A DNA stretch of 64,000 nt from Escherichia coli (GTDB lineage Bacteria; Pseudomonadota; Gammaproteobacteria; Enterobacterales; Enterobacteriaceae). The stretch is from NCBI RefSeq assembly GCF_022846255.1, contig NZ_AP025682.1; one strand, written 5' to 3'. The translations under genes were made by a program, and so were the position numbers. The notes beneath the pieces were generated by a model. It was not told the DNA's origin and did no database searches. It was given only the letters and a program-made list of their open reading frames with translations. Shown piece after piece: positions 1-12,352 of the stretch (within the stretch, counting starts at the first letter, position 1; each line of letters opens with the position of its first letter).

Positions 1-708
1 GCGGTAATCACCCGCTTTGGTGTCGCGCCCTTTATCTGCACCCTCGGTATGATGTACGTCGCCCGTGGCTCTGCCCTGCTGTTTAATGATGGCAGCACTT
101 ACCCCAATCTCAACGGCATGGAGGCACTGGGCAACACGGGTTTCGCCACCCTTGGTTCTGGCACGTTTTTAGGCGTTTATTTGCCAATCTGGCTGATGAT
201 TGGCTTTTTGATTTTAGGCTACTGGATCACGACTAAAACGCCGCTCGGTCGTTATATCTATGCCATTGGTGGCAATGAATCTGCCGCGCGACTGGCAGGC
301 GTACCCATCGTAAAAGTCAAAGTGTTCGTCTATGCGTTCTCCGGATTATGCGCCGCATTTGTCGGTTTGATTGTTGCCTCGCAGCTGCAAACCGCTCACC
401 CAATGACCGGCAATATGTTCGAAATGGATGCTATCGGTGCCACGGTTCTTGGTGGAACTGCGCTGGCAGGTGGTCGGGGACGTGTCTCTGGCTCGATTAT
501 CGGTGCCTTTGTCATTGTCTTCCTCGCCGATGGCATGGTGATGATGGGGGTCAGTGATTTCTGGCAAATGGTCATTAAAGGCCTCGTTATCGTCACCGCC
601 GTGGTAGTCGATCAGTTCCAGCAAAAATTGCAAAACAAAGTCATTTTGATGCGTCGCCATGAAGAAAAGATGGCCGCCGCACCTGCCGTAAAACCGCTTT
701 CCAGTTAA
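1..708 (+). CDS. ABC-type sugar transporter permease, C-terminal part (5' end lies outside the window)
   Basis: Frame 1 is open from position 1 to the TAA at 706-708. Hydrophobic TM-rich protein with an RbsC/AraH-family-like C-terminal region. Not present at this position in K-12 as recalled. Confidence 0.7.
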   Translation, partial: AVITRFGVAPFICTLGMMYVARGSALLFNDGSTYPNLNGMEALGNTGFATLGSGTFLGVYLPIWLMIGFLILGYWITTKTPLGRYIYAIGGNESAARLAGVPIVKVKVFVYAFSGLCAAFVGLIVASQLQTAHPMTGNMFEMDAIGATVLGGTALAGGRGRVSGSIIGAFVIVFLADGMVMMGVSDFWQMVIKGLVIVTAVVVDQFQQKLQNKVILMRRHEEKMAAAPAVKPLSS

Positions 709-721
709 TTAACATCATTCC

Positions 722-743
722 GCCGGGCATTAAATTGCCCGGC
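722..743 (+). terminator. GC-rich hairpin between permease and first dehydrogenase (gccgggca-ttaaat-tgcccggc); possible weak terminator or attenuator
   Basis: Perfect 8-bp inverted repeat seen directly; the downstream T-tract is weak (ttataca). Confidence 0.3.
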
Positions 744-761
744 TTATACAGGGGAAAAAAT

Positions 762-1559
762 ATGCAACGTAATTTTCAGGGTAAGACTGTAGTTATTACC
801 GGGGCATGCCGGGGAATTGGGGCCGGGATCGCTGAACGCTTCGCCCGCGATGGCGCAAATCTGGTGATGGTTTCTAACGCTGCACGCGTGCATGAAACTG
901 CTGAGCAACTGCGCCAATGTTATCAGGCTGACATTTTGTCATTAGAAGTCGATGTGACAGATGAAGCGCAAGTACAGGCACTCTATGAACAAGCGGCTGC
1001 ACGTTTTGGCAGCATCGATGTTTCCATTCAGAATGCAGGCATTATCACCATCGATTATTTTGATCGAATGCCGGCTGCTGATTTCGAAAAAGTGCTGGCG
1101 GTGAACACTACGGCAGTCTGGCTCTGCTGCCGGGAAGCAGCCAAATATATGGTGAAACAAAATCACGGCTGCCTGATCAACACCTCTTCTGGCCAGGGAC
1201 GTCAGGGGTTTATCTATACCCCACACTATGCAGCCAGCAAAATGGGTGTGATCGGCATTACGCAAAGCCTGGCGCACGAGTTAGCGCAGTGGAATATCAC
1301 TGTTAACGCCTTCTGCCCTGGTATTATCGAAAGCGAAATGTGGGACTACAACGACCGCGTATGGGGAGAAATTCTCAGTACCGATGACAAGCGTTATGGC
1401 AAAGGCGAGCTTATGGCGGAATGGGTGGAAGGTATTCCGATGAAGCGTGCCGGTAAACCTGAAGATGTTGCCGGACTGGTTGCCTTCCTCGCCTCTGACG
1501 ATGCGCGTTATCTCACCGGTCAAACCATCAACATCGACGGCGGCCTGATTATGTCGTAA
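762..1559 (+). CDS. Short-chain dehydrogenase/reductase, sorbitol-6-phosphate dehydrogenase-like
   Basis: ATG at 762 preceded by a purine-rich RBS (cagggga). Rossmann motif TGACRGIGAG and catalytic Y-x3-K (YAASK). The ORF-track start at 735 lies inside the upstream hairpin and is unlikely. Confidence 0.8.
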   Translation: MQRNFQGKTVVITGACRGIGAGIAERFARDGANLVMVSNAARVHETAEQLRQCYQADILSLEVDVTDEAQVQALYEQAAARFGSIDVSIQNAGIITIDYFDRMPAADFEKVLAVNTTAVWLCCREAAKYMVKQNHGCLINTSSGQGRQGFIYTPHYAASKMGVIGITQSLAHELAQWNITVNAFCPGIIESEMWDYNDRVWGEILSTDDKRYGKGELMAEWVEGIPMKRAGKPEDVAGLVAFLASDDARYLTGQTINIDGGLIMS

Positions 1560-1591
1560 TGCCCCTGCGGGCTACTAAGAGAGATATCAAA

Positions 1592-2377
1592 ATGATCGCA
1601 AAAGATTTTGCTCAACAATTGTTTGATCTCCACGATCGCGTCGCCTTTGTCACTGGCGCAGGTAGCGGTATCGGACAAATGATCGCTCTGGCTTTAGCCA
1701 GCGCAGGCGCACGAGTGGTGTGTTTTGATCTACGGGAAGATGGCGGACTCAAAGAGACGGTTAATCATATCGAAGCACTTGGCGGACAAGCCTTGTATTA
1801 CACGGGCGATGTTCGGGAATTGAGAGATCTTCGCGCAGCAGTCGCTCTGGCAAAAACACATTTTGGTCGTCTGGATATTGCCGTAAACGCCGCTGGAATC
1901 GCTAACGCAAACCCGGCGCTGGAGATGGAAAGCGAGCAATGGCAACGCGTTATCGATATCAACCTGACTGGTGTGTGGAATTCCTGTAAGGCGGAAGCCG
2001 AGTTAATGGTAGAGAACGGAGGCGGCTCGATTATAAATATTGCGTCAATGTCCGGGATTATCGTCAATCGCGGTCTGGAACAGGCTCACTACAACAGCTC
2101 CAAAGCAGGCGTGATTCATTTATCTAAAAGTCTTGCGATGGAATGGGTGAGTAAAGGGATCCGTGTGAACTCAATCAGTCCAGGATATACCGCAACACCA
2201 ATGAATACCCGACCTGAAATGGTGCATCAGACTCGGGAGTTTGAAATCCAGACGCCGATTCAGCGGATGGCGAAAGTGGAAGAGATGGCGGGTCCAGCGC
2301 TGTTCCTTGCCAGCGATGCGGCGTCGTTCTGCACTGGTGTTGATCTGGTGGTCGATGGTGGTTTTGTCTGCTGGTAA
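1592..2377 (+). CDS. Short-chain dehydrogenase/reductase, gluconate 5-dehydrogenase / KduD-like
   Basis: ATG at 1592 with RBS aagagag upstream. Motif TGAGSGIG and catalytic Y-x3-K (YNSSK). The ORF-track start at 1559 overlaps the stop of the upstream gene. Confidence 0.8.
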   Translation: MIAKDFAQQLFDLHDRVAFVTGAGSGIGQMIALALASAGARVVCFDLREDGGLKETVNHIEALGGQALYYTGDVRELRDLRAAVALAKTHFGRLDIAVNAAGIANANPALEMESEQWQRVIDINLTGVWNSCKAEAELMVENGGGSIINIASMSGIIVNRGLEQAHYNSSKAGVIHLSKSLAMEWVSKGIRVNSISPGYTATPMNTRPEMVHQTREFEIQTPIQRMAKVEEMAGPALFLASDAASFCTGVDLVVDGGFVCW

Positions 2378-2486
2378 AAATGGTTTCGCCCGCAGCCATC
2401 ACTGACCGCGGGCGAAAGTGTAAAGCAGGTGCCTTACCACCCTGACCTGACAACCGGATATGCGGGGATTGCTCCCCGCACAACGG

Positions 2487-2639
2487 CTACTTCTTCGGTT
2501 CGTAAGCGAGAACAACCTTAAACTCAATATTACGTTCCTTTACGGTAAACTCACACAGCGAGTCTCCGACCAGAAGCGTAAATCCCAGCACCGTTAAACA
2601 CAGCACTATGACTGCCACAAGGGCATATTTCGTCAGCAT
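2487..2639 (-). CDS. hokE: Hok-family type I toxin (50 aa), copy 1
   Basis: Protein [50 protein letters not shown] matches the Hok/Gef family; single TM helix; cat (ATG on the reverse strand) at 2637-2639. Confidence 0.85.
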   Translation of the reverse strand: MLTKYALVAVIVLCLTVLGFTLLVGDSLCEFTVKERNIEFKVVLAYEPKK

Positions 2640-2739
2640 GTTTATATTGCCTCCATGCGAAGAAGGGACTACCATCCAAATTGTTCAGGTTTGGGTAGGT
2701 AGCCCCAAGGTTGATAGAAATATCGTCCTGGGGCTTCAT
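2551..2739 (-). CDS. mokE: mok (modulator of killing) leader ORF overlapping the hok start, copy 1
   Basis: 62-aa ORF in a different frame overlapping the 5' end of hok, the standard hok/sok architecture; translation not verifiable from sequence. Confidence 0.5.
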   Translation of the reverse strand: MKPQDDISINLGATYPNLNNLDGSPFFAWRQYKHADEICPCGSHSAVFNGAGIYASGRRLAV

Positions 2740-2990
2740 CTTTCCAGACCTCAGAGTAAACCTGAAACCGGAAAGCTTCAGGCACCCGCAGTTATCTTAC
2801 CCTTCCTTAGCAAAATAGCTGTTTATTTATACAGTGAGTCCTGTTTAGGACTTTTCACCTGTATTATCGCCCATGCCAGTAAAACGAAATCGCCCGCAGC
2901 CATCTCTGACTGCGGGCGAAAGTGTAAAGCAGGTGCCTTACCATCCTGACCTGACAACCGGATATGCGGGGATTACTCCCCGCACAACGG

Positions 2991-3143
2991 CTACTTCTTC
3001 GGTTCGTAAGCGAGAACAGCCTTAAACTCAATATTACGTTCCTTTACGGTAAACTCACACAGCGAGTCTCCGACCAGAAGCGTAAATCCCAGCACCGTTA
3101 AACACAGCACTATGACTGCCACAAGGGCATATTTCGTCAGCAT
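2991..3143 (-). CDS. hokE: Hok-family type I toxin (50 aa), copy 2
   Basis: Same as copy 1 except Val to Ala at residue 42 (EFKAV); this version matches the K-12 HokE sequence as recalled. Confidence 0.85.
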   Translation of the reverse strand: MLTKYALVAVIVLCLTVLGFTLLVGDSLCEFTVKERNIEFKAVLAYEPKK

Positions 3144-3243
3144 GTTTATATTGCCTCCATGCGAAGAAGGGACTACCATCCAAATTGTTCAGGTTTGGGT
3201 AGGTAGCCCCAGGGTTGATAGAAATATCGTCCTGGGGCTTCAT
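3055..3243 (-). CDS. mokE: mok leader ORF, copy 2
   Basis: Overlapping ORF as in copy 1, with a Leu to Pro difference at residue 11. Confidence 0.5.
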   Translation of the reverse strand: MKPQDDISINPGATYPNLNNLDGSPFFAWRQYKHADEICPCGSHSAVFNGAGIYASGRRLAV

Positions 3244-3579
3244 CTTTCCAGACCTCAGAGTAAACCTGAAACCGGAAAGCTTCAGGCACCCGCAGTTATC
3301 TTACCCTTCCTTAGCAAAATAGCTGTTTATTTATACAGTGAGTCCTGTTTCGGACTTCTCATTTAATCAACTGAAGCTGAACCCGTTTTTTTCTGCATGC
3401 CTCAATCGTCAAAATTCTTCGCCGCCAGCCAGCTCTGCCATAACTTGTCACATTGCAAAAGTAGCCAAATTGCTTCAGTCACAATCAGTTCTCCATCACC
3501 AAAAAAAGAAACATTCCAGAACTTCCGCATCTCACCCAGCCGCTCCCACTTCTATACTGAATAGAAAACGCCAACATAA

Positions 3580-4707
<1,128 letters not shown>

Positions 4708-4772
4708 GTCGGGAATTGCCTTACAGAAGAATATCCCTGACAATGGTGTTTTAACTTACATTTAACAATGTT

Positions 4773-5021
4773 ATGAAACACCCTTTAGAAACCTTGACCA
4801 CCGCAGCAGGCATTTTGCTGATGGCTTTCCTCTCTTGCCTGCTGCTGCCCGCCCCCGCACTGGGGCTGACGCTGGCACAAAAACTGGTGACCACGTTCCA
4901 TCTGATGGATCTTAGCCAGCTTTACACGTTATTGTTTTGTCTGTGGTTTTTAGTGCTGGGCGCTATTGAGTATTTTGTTCTACGCTTTATCTGGCGACGC
5001 TGGTTCTCGCTGGCGGATTAA
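4773..5021 (+). CDS. ybdJ: Small inner-membrane protein YbdJ
   Basis: 82-aa product with two hydrophobic segments; conserved position between ybdK and ybdF. Confidence 0.8.
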   Translation: MKHPLETLTTAAGILLMAFLSCLLLPAPALGLTLAQKLVTTFHLMDLSQLYTLLFCLWFLVLGAIEYFVLRFIWRRWFSLAD

Positions 5022-5085
5022 ACGTCGATTATCGCCGAACTTCGCGGCATACTTTGCTTATTCTCCTTCGCCTAAAGGAACATTT

Positions 5086-5469
5086 ATGGATAAGCAATCA
5101 CTGCACGAAACGGCGAAACGCCTGGCTCTTGAGTTACCCTTTGTCGAGCTTTGCTGGCCTTTTGGCCCGGAGTTCGATGTTTTTAAAATTGGCGGCAAGA
5201 TTTTTATGCTGTCGTCGGAGCTGCGCGGCGTCCCCTTTATCAATCTGAAGTCCGATCCACAAAAATCCCTGCTAAATCAGCAAATATACCCAAGCATCAA
5301 GCCAGGGTATCACATGAATAAAAAGCACTGGATTTCGGTGTATCCCGGCGAGGAAATCTCCGAAGCGTTACTTCGCGATCTGATCAACGATTCGTGGAAT
5401 CTGGTGGTTGATGGTCTGGCTAAACGCGATCAAAAACGACTGCGTCCTGACTCAACCGTAAATCAATAG
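5086..5469 (+). CDS. ybdF: MmcQ/YjbR-family protein YbdF
   Basis: ATG at 5086 preceded by RBS aaagga. The ORF-track start at 4966 would overlap ybdJ and is rejected. Confidence 0.85.
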   Translation: MDKQSLHETAKRLALELPFVELCWPFGPEFDVFKIGGKIFMLSSELRGVPFINLKSDPQKSLLNQQIYPSIKPGYHMNKKHWISVYPGEEISEALLRDLINDSWNLVVDGLAKRDQKRLRPDSTVNQ

Positions 5470-5547
5470 CGCATTTTTCTCGCTTACCATTTCATCTCGA
5501 TCCTTGTAATCTGCTGGCACGCAAAATTACTTTCACATGGAGTCTTT

Positions 5548-6201
5548 ATGGATATCATTTCTGTCGCCTTAAAGCGTCATTCCACTAAGGCATTTGATGC
5601 CAGCAAAAAACTTACCCCGGAACAGGCCGAGCAGATCAAAACTCTACTGCAATACAGCCCATCCAGCACCAACTCCCAGCCGTGGCATTTTATTGTTGCC
5701 AGCACGGAAGAAGGTAAAGCGCGTGTTGCCAAATCCGCTGCCGATAATTACGTGTTCAACGAGCGTAAAATGCTTGATGCCTCGCACGTCGTGGTGTTCT
5801 GTGCAAAAACCGCGATGGACGATGCCTGGCTAAAGCTGGTTGTTGACCAGGAAGATGCCGATGGCCGCTTTGCCACGCCGGAAGCGAAAGCCGCGAACGA
5901 TAAAGGTCGCAAGTTCTTCGCCGATATGCACCGTAAAGATCTGCATGATGATGCAGAGTGGATGGCAAAACAGGTTTATCTCAACGTCGGTAACTTCCTG
6001 CTGGGCGTGGCGGCGCTGGGTCTGGACGCGGTGCCCATCGAAGGTTTTGACGCCGCCATCCTCGATGAAGAATTTGGTCTGAAAGAGAAAGGCTACACCA
6101 GTCTGGTGGTTGTTCCGGTGGGTCATCACAGCGTTGAAGATTTTAACGCTACGCTGCCGAAATCTCGTCTGCCGCAAAACATTACCTTAACCGAAGTGTA
6201 A
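5548..6201 (+). CDS. nfsB: Oxygen-insensitive NAD(P)H nitroreductase NfsB
   Basis: 217-aa product matches NfsB ([17 protein letters not shown]...). Confidence 0.95.
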   Translation: MDIISVALKRHSTKAFDASKKLTPEQAEQIKTLLQYSPSSTNSQPWHFIVASTEEGKARVAKSAADNYVFNERKMLDASHVVVFCAKTAMDDAWLKLVVDQEDADGRFATPEAKAANDKGRKFFADMHRKDLHDDAEWMAKQVYLNVGNFLLGVAALGLDAVPIEGFDAAILDEEFGLKEKGYTSLVVVPVGHHSVEDFNATLPKSRLPQNITLTEV

Positions 6202-6210
6202 TTCTCCCTT

Positions 6211-6233
6211 GCCGGGCATCTGCCCGGCTATTT
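6211..6233 (+). terminator. Hairpin after nfsB (gccgggca-tc-tgcccggc followed by tattt)
   Basis: Inverted repeat 10 bp after the nfsB stop with a short T-run. Confidence 0.4.
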
Positions 6234-6260
6234 CCCCTCAGATTCTCCTGATTTGCATAA

Positions 6261-7556
<1,296 letters not shown>

Positions 7557-7565
7557 TTAAAAAAA

Positions 7566-7597
7566 CCGCTCTCATCGAATGGATGAGAGCGGCTTTC
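7566..7597. terminator. Bidirectional hairpin terminator between convergent ybdG and pheP
   Basis: 11-bp stem ccgctctcatc / gatgagagcgg, flanked by an A-run on one side and ttt on the other. Confidence 0.55.
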
Positions 7598-7613
7598 AGA
7601 TTGTTGACATCAT

Positions 7614-7695
<82 letters not shown>

Positions 7696-7713
7696 AATCA
7701 GCCTCACATCAGC

Positions 7714-9096
7714 TTAATTCACTTTCCTACGCAATGTTTTAAACGCCACAAACAGGAACACAATCCACACCGGCAGCAGAATCGCTGACAGGCGCATATC
7801 ATCCATCGTGCACATCAGCAGCAAAATCATGCCGAGGAAGGCGATGCAAAGATAGTTGCCGAACGGATAGAGCAGCGCCTTAAATTGTGTTTCACGCCCC
7901 TGACGTCGCATCGCCGCGCGAAAACGCAGATGCGCCAGGCAGATCATAATCCAGTTCAACAGCAGCGTTGCTACCACCAGCGCCATCAGCAGACCAAACG
8001 CTTTTTGCGGCAGCAGATAGTTGATTAACACCACCAGCGAAGTGATCGCTCCGGAAAGCATCAGCGAGTTAATCGGCACGCCGCGACGGCTGACGCGAGT
8101 CAAAAACTTTGGCGCATTACCCTGCACAGAAAGGCCAAACAGCATGCGGCTGTTAGAGTAAACCCCGCTGTTATACACCGACAGCGATGCCACCAGAATG
8201 ACGAAGTTCAGCGCAGAAGCCACCACGTTGCTGTCGAGATTATGGAAAATCATCACAAACGGGCTACTGTTGGATTTCACTTCCACCCACGGGTAGAGCG
8301 CCAGTAAAACCACCAGTGAACCGATATAAAACAGCAGGATGCGATACACCACCTGATTCACTGCTTTAGGGATGCTTTTTTCCGGATCGCGCGCTTCAGC
8401 CGCAGTAATCCCAATCAGCTCCAGACCGCCGAAGGAGAACATAATTACCGCCAGCGACAAAATCAGTCCATTCCAGCCGGTGGCAAAGAAACCGCCATAG
8501 CGCCAGAGGTTATCGATACTGGCTTTCTCACCGCCGTGCCCAGAAAACAGCAGCCACAGACCAAAGCCGATCATACCGATGATCGCCAGCACTTTAATCA
8601 GCGCAAACCAGAACTCGGTTTCGCCATATAAGCGCACGTTCACCAGGTTAACGGCGTTGATGATAATAAAGAAGGCGGCAGCCCAAATCCACGTTGGAAC
8701 ATCCGGGAACCAGTACTGCATATAGATGCCCGCAGCGGTCAGCTCTGCCATTCCCACCAGCACGAACATTACCCAGTAGTTCCAGCCAGAGAGGAAGCCC
8801 GCAAACGGTCCCCAGTATTTATAGGCAAAGTGGGCAAATGAACCGGATACCGGCTCTTCGACCACCATCTCGCCGAGCTGGCGCATAATCAGGAAAGCGA
8901 TGATCCCGGCGACGCCGTAGCCCAGCAATACAGCCGGACCCGCCATCTGAATCGCCGGGCCAATGCCAAGAAACAGACCAGTACCAATTGCGCCACCCAG
9001 CGCAATCAGTTGAATATGACGGTTATGTAATCCGCGATGAAGCGTCGGCTCTTGATTCGACGCAGTATCTTCCGATACGGTTGACGCGTTTTTCAC
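7714..9096 (-). CDS. pheP: Phenylalanine-specific permease PheP (APC family)
   Basis: Matches PheP. Start placed at the GTG giving MKNASTVSEDT...; the ORF track extends 12 codons further upstream. Start uncertain by a few codons. Confidence 0.9.
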   Translation of the reverse strand: MKNASTVSEDTASNQEPTLHRGLHNRHIQLIALGGAIGTGLFLGIGPAIQMAGPAVLLGYGVAGIIAFLIMRQLGEMVVEEPVSGSFAHFAYKYWGPFAGFLSGWNYWVMFVLVGMAELTAAGIYMQYWFPDVPTWIWAAAFFIIINAVNLVNVRLYGETEFWFALIKVLAIIGMIGFGLWLLFSGHGGEKASIDNLWRYGGFFATGWNGLILSLAVIMFSFGGLELIGITAAEARDPEKSIPKAVNQVVYRILLFYIGSLVVLLALYPWVEVKSNSSPFVMIFHNLDSNVVASALNFVILVASLSVYNSGVYSNSRMLFGLSVQGNAPKFLTRVSRRGVPINSLMLSGAITSLVVLINYLLPQKAFGLLMALVVATLLLNWIMICLAHLRFRAAMRRQGRETQFKALLYPFGNYLCIAFLGMILLLMCTMDDMRLSAILLPVWIVFLFVAFKTLRRKVN

Positions 9097-9197
9097 GCCT
9101 TTCCCCTGTGTGTCTTTTTTGTTGAGGGGCACCTTTTAACATTTAGTGCCCATCGTCGCAAGACACAATCCACACGGTTAAACGGGGTATCCTGCTT

Positions 9198-12100
9198 TTA
9201 TTTCCGTACCCGATGTCGGTGCAGCCACATCAGCTTATACGCCGCCGGGATAATAAACAGCGACAGCAAAGGCGCGGTGATCATGCCGCCAATCATCGGC
9301 GCGGCAATCCGGCTCATCACCTCTGACCCTGCTCCTGTTCCCCACAGAATCGGCAGCAGACCAGCGATAATCACCGCCACCGTCATCGCTTTTGGGCGCA
9401 CGCGCAGTACCGCGCCGTGATATAACGCCTCATCCAGCTTCTGCTCGCTGAATGTTTGCGGATTATTCAACGACGGCTCGGCCTCTATGGCGTGACGTAA
9501 ATACATCAGCATCACCACGCCAAATTCGGCGGCGACCCCGGCAAGGGCAATAAAACCGGTGCCCGTCGCCACGGAAAGATGAAAGCCCATCCACCACAGC
9601 AACCAGATGCCGCCCACCAGCGCAAACGGTACGCTGCTGATAATCAGCAACGCTTCGCCCACCCGACGGAACGCCAGATACAACAGCACGAAGATGATCA
9701 TCAGCGTCATCGGCACCATCAGTTTCAGCTTATGGTTGGCGCGCTCCAGTAGCTCGAACTGCCCGGAGAATGCCACGCTAGTGCCCGGTTTTAACTGCAC
9801 TTTTTCAGCTATCGCTTTTTGCAGATCGTGAACCACCGACACCATGTCACGATCGCGGGCATCGATATAAATCCAGCTCGTCGGGCGCGCATTCTCGGTT
9901 TTCAGCATCGACGGTCCGGTAGAGACTTTAACGTCGGCCACGTCCGCCAGAGTGATTTGCTGCTTCATCGGCGTGAGGATCGGCAACTGGCGCAGTGCCT
10001 GCGGGCTATCGCGCCAGCTTTGCGGATAACGCAGATTAATTGGATAACGAGCAATCCCTTCCACCGTTTCGCCAACCATCGCCCCGCCCACCGCAGAAGT
10101 CACAAACAACTGCACATCCGCCACCGTCATACCGTAACGCGCGGCTTTTTCACGGTTAATCTCAACGTTGATATAGCGCCCACCTTCCAGACGCTCAGCA
10201 AGCGCAGAAGCCACGCCTGGCACCGTTCGCGCCACTTCTTCAATTTGCTCCGCCATCGTGTCGATATCCGCCAGCACAGTGCCGGAAACTTTAATGCCGA
10301 TAGGGCTTTTAATGCCAGTCGAGAGCATATCGATACGGTTACGAATTGGCGGCACCCACAGATTCGCCAGCCCCGGCAGACGCACGGTGTTATCCAGTTC
10401 CTCAATGATTTTGTCCATCGTCATGCCAGGCCGCCACTGATCCTGCGGCTTAAGCTGGATAGTCGTTTCTACCATCTCCAGTGGAGCAGAATCGGTGGCG
10501 GTTTCCGCTTTCCCGGTTTTGCCAAATACCCGCGCCACTTCAGGTACGCTCATAATCAGCTTGTCGGTTTTTTGCAGCATACTCGCCGCCTCCGCTGCGG
10601 AAATCCCCGGCAGCGTCGATGGCATATACAACAAGTCGCCTTCATTGATCTGCGGTAAAAATTCCCCGCCCACTTTATTGAGCGGCCAGAGAACCGTCAG
10701 CACCGAAAGCGCTGCCACCAACAGCGTGGTTTTCGGCCAGTGCAGTACTTTCAGCAACAGCGGATGATAAACACGAATCAAAAAGCGATTGAGCGGGTTA
10801 CTGCTTTCTGGCGGAATTTTGCCACGGATCCAGTAGCCCATCAGGATCGGGATCACTACAATCGCCAGTAGCGCCGCGCCCGCCATCGCATAGGTTTTGG
10901 TGAACGCCAGCGGGCCAAACAGACGACCTTCCTGCCCTTCCAGGGTGAAGATCGGGATAAACGACAGCGTGATAATCAGCAGACTGATAAACAGCGCCGG
11001 CCCCACTTCAACAGATGCATCGGTGATCACCTGCCAGCGCGTTTTATTATCCAGCGTGGCGTCAGGATGCTGGTGCTGCCACTCTTCCAGCCGTTTATGC
11101 GCATTCTCGATCATGACGATAGCGGCATCGACCATCGCCCCGACGGCAATCGCAATGCCACCCAACGACATAATATTGGCGTTCAGTCCCTGAAAGTGCA
11201 TGACAATAAAAGCAATACACAACCCCAGCGGCAACGAAATAATCGCCACCAGCGCCGAGCGCACATGCCAGAGAAACAGCGCACAGACTACCGCCACCAC
11301 AATAAACTCTTCCAGCAACTTGCCGCTGAGGTTGTCAATGGCGCGGTCAATGAGCTGGCTGCGATCGTATGTTGTAACTATCTCCACGCCTTCCGGCAGA
11401 CTGCTTTTCAGCGTTTCCAGTTTGTCCTTCACGGCGGCGATTACTTCTCGGGCGTTTTTGCCGGAGCGCAGGATCACCACCCCGCCCGCCACTTCGCCTT
11501 CGCCGTTCAGTTCGGCAATGCCCCGGCGCATCTCCGGGCCAATCTGGACCTTCGCAACATCACGCAGATAAACGGGCACGCCATTTTCACTGGCTTTTAA
11601 AACGATGTGATTAAAGTCGTCGAGCGTTTGCAGATAGCCGCTGGCTCGCACCATATATTCCGCTTCCGCCAGTTCGATCGACGAACCACCCGCTTCCTGG
11701 TTTGAAGCATCCAGCGCGCTTTTTACTTCGGCGAGACTGATGCCATATTGCGCCAGGCGCTGAGGATCGATAACCACCTGATACTCTTTCACCACACCGC
11801 CTACCGACGCCACTTCCGCAACGTCAGGAATGGTTTTCAGCTCATATTTGAGAAACCAGTCCTGCAATGAGCGTAAATCGGCAAGATCGTGCTTACCGCT
11901 GCGATCCACCAGTGCATATTCATAGATCCAGCCAACACCCGTGGCATCTGGCCCCAGCTCGGCGCTGACTCCCGCAGGCAGCTTACCCTGTACCTGGTTG
12001 AGGTACTCCAGCACCCGCGAGCGCGCCCAGTACGGATCGGTGCCATCTTCGAAAATGACATACACATAAGAGTCGCCAAACTGCGAGAAACCGCGCACAG

Positions 12101-12341
12101 TCTTCGCGCCAGGCACCGACAACATGGTGGTGGTTAGCGGATAAGTCACCTGATTTTCAACGATTTGCGGTGCCTGACCGGGATAGCTGGTTTTAATAAT
12201 CACCTGCACATCAGAGAGATCCGGCAGTGCATCCACTGGCGTGTTAATGATGGTCCAGGTGCCCCAGATACTCAGAAACAACGCGCCCATCAGCACCAGA
12301 AAACGGTTCGCCACCGAGCGACGAATAATCCATTCAATCAT
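9198..12341 (-). CDS. cusA: RND copper/silver efflux pump CusA
   Basis: 1047-aa RND transporter; start [16 protein letters not shown]. Confidence 0.95.
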   Translation of the reverse strand: MIEWIIRRSVANRFLVLMGALFLSIWGTWTIINTPVDALPDLSDVQVIIKTSYPGQAPQIVENQVTYPLTTTMLSVPGAKTVRGFSQFGDSYVYVIFEDGTDPYWARSRVLEYLNQVQGKLPAGVSAELGPDATGVGWIYEYALVDRSGKHDLADLRSLQDWFLKYELKTIPDVAEVASVGGVVKEYQVVIDPQRLAQYGISLAEVKSALDASNQEAGGSSIELAEAEYMVRASGYLQTLDDFNHIVLKASENGVPVYLRDVAKVQIGPEMRRGIAELNGEGEVAGGVVILRSGKNAREVIAAVKDKLETLKSSLPEGVEIVTTYDRSQLIDRAIDNLSGKLLEEFIVVAVVCALFLWHVRSALVAIISLPLGLCIAFIVMHFQGLNANIMSLGGIAIAVGAMVDAAIVMIENAHKRLEEWQHQHPDATLDNKTRWQVITDASVEVGPALFISLLIITLSFIPIFTLEGQEGRLFGPLAFTKTYAMAGAALLAIVVIPILMGYWIRGKIPPESSNPLNRFLIRVYHPLLLKVLHWPKTTLLVAALSVLTVLWPLNKVGGEFLPQINEGDLLYMPSTLPGISAAEAASMLQKTDKLIMSVPEVARVFGKTGKAETATDSAPLEMVETTIQLKPQDQWRPGMTMDKIIEELDNTVRLPGLANLWVPPIRNRIDMLSTGIKSPIGIKVSGTVLADIDTMAEQIEEVARTVPGVASALAERLEGGRYINVEINREKAARYGMTVADVQLFVTSAVGGAMVGETVEGIARYPINLRYPQSWRDSPQALRQLPILTPMKQQITLADVADVKVSTGPSMLKTENARPTSWIYIDARDRDMVSVVHDLQKAIAEKVQLKPGTSVAFSGQFELLERANHKLKLMVPMTLMIIFVLLYLAFRRVGEALLIISSVPFALVGGIWLLWWMGFHLSVATGTGFIALAGVAAEFGVVMLMYLRHAIEAEPSLNNPQTFSEQKLDEALYHGAVLRVRPKAMTVAVIIAGLLPILWGTGAGSEVMSRIAAPMIGGMITAPLLSLFIIPAAYKLMWLHRHRVRK

Positions 12342-12352
12342 TGGTTATTCCC

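Larger units (their letters stand above)
2387..2890. repeat. Tandem repeat unit 1 of the hok/mok/sok locus (about 504-bp period)
   Basis: Near-identical to 2891-3362; each unit begins with the inverted repeat cgcccgcag...gcgggcg and contains an intact hok and mok ORF. Confidence 0.9.
2891..3362. repeat. Tandem repeat unit 2 of the hok/mok/sok locus
   Basis: Direct repeat of unit 1, with at least eight point differences visible over about 470 aligned bp; homology ends near 3362 where the ybdK upstream region begins. Confidence 0.9.

Noticed and set aside
2608-2949. 113-aa forward ORF spanning hok/sok unit 1 (and its twin 3112-3366 in unit 2)
   Set aside because: Runs antisense across mok/hok. 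The forward-strand function here is expected to be the small Sok antisense RNA, not a protein.
9819-10658. 279-aa ORF antisense to cusA
   Set aside because: Embedded in cusA; Arg/His-rich shadow ORF without start context.
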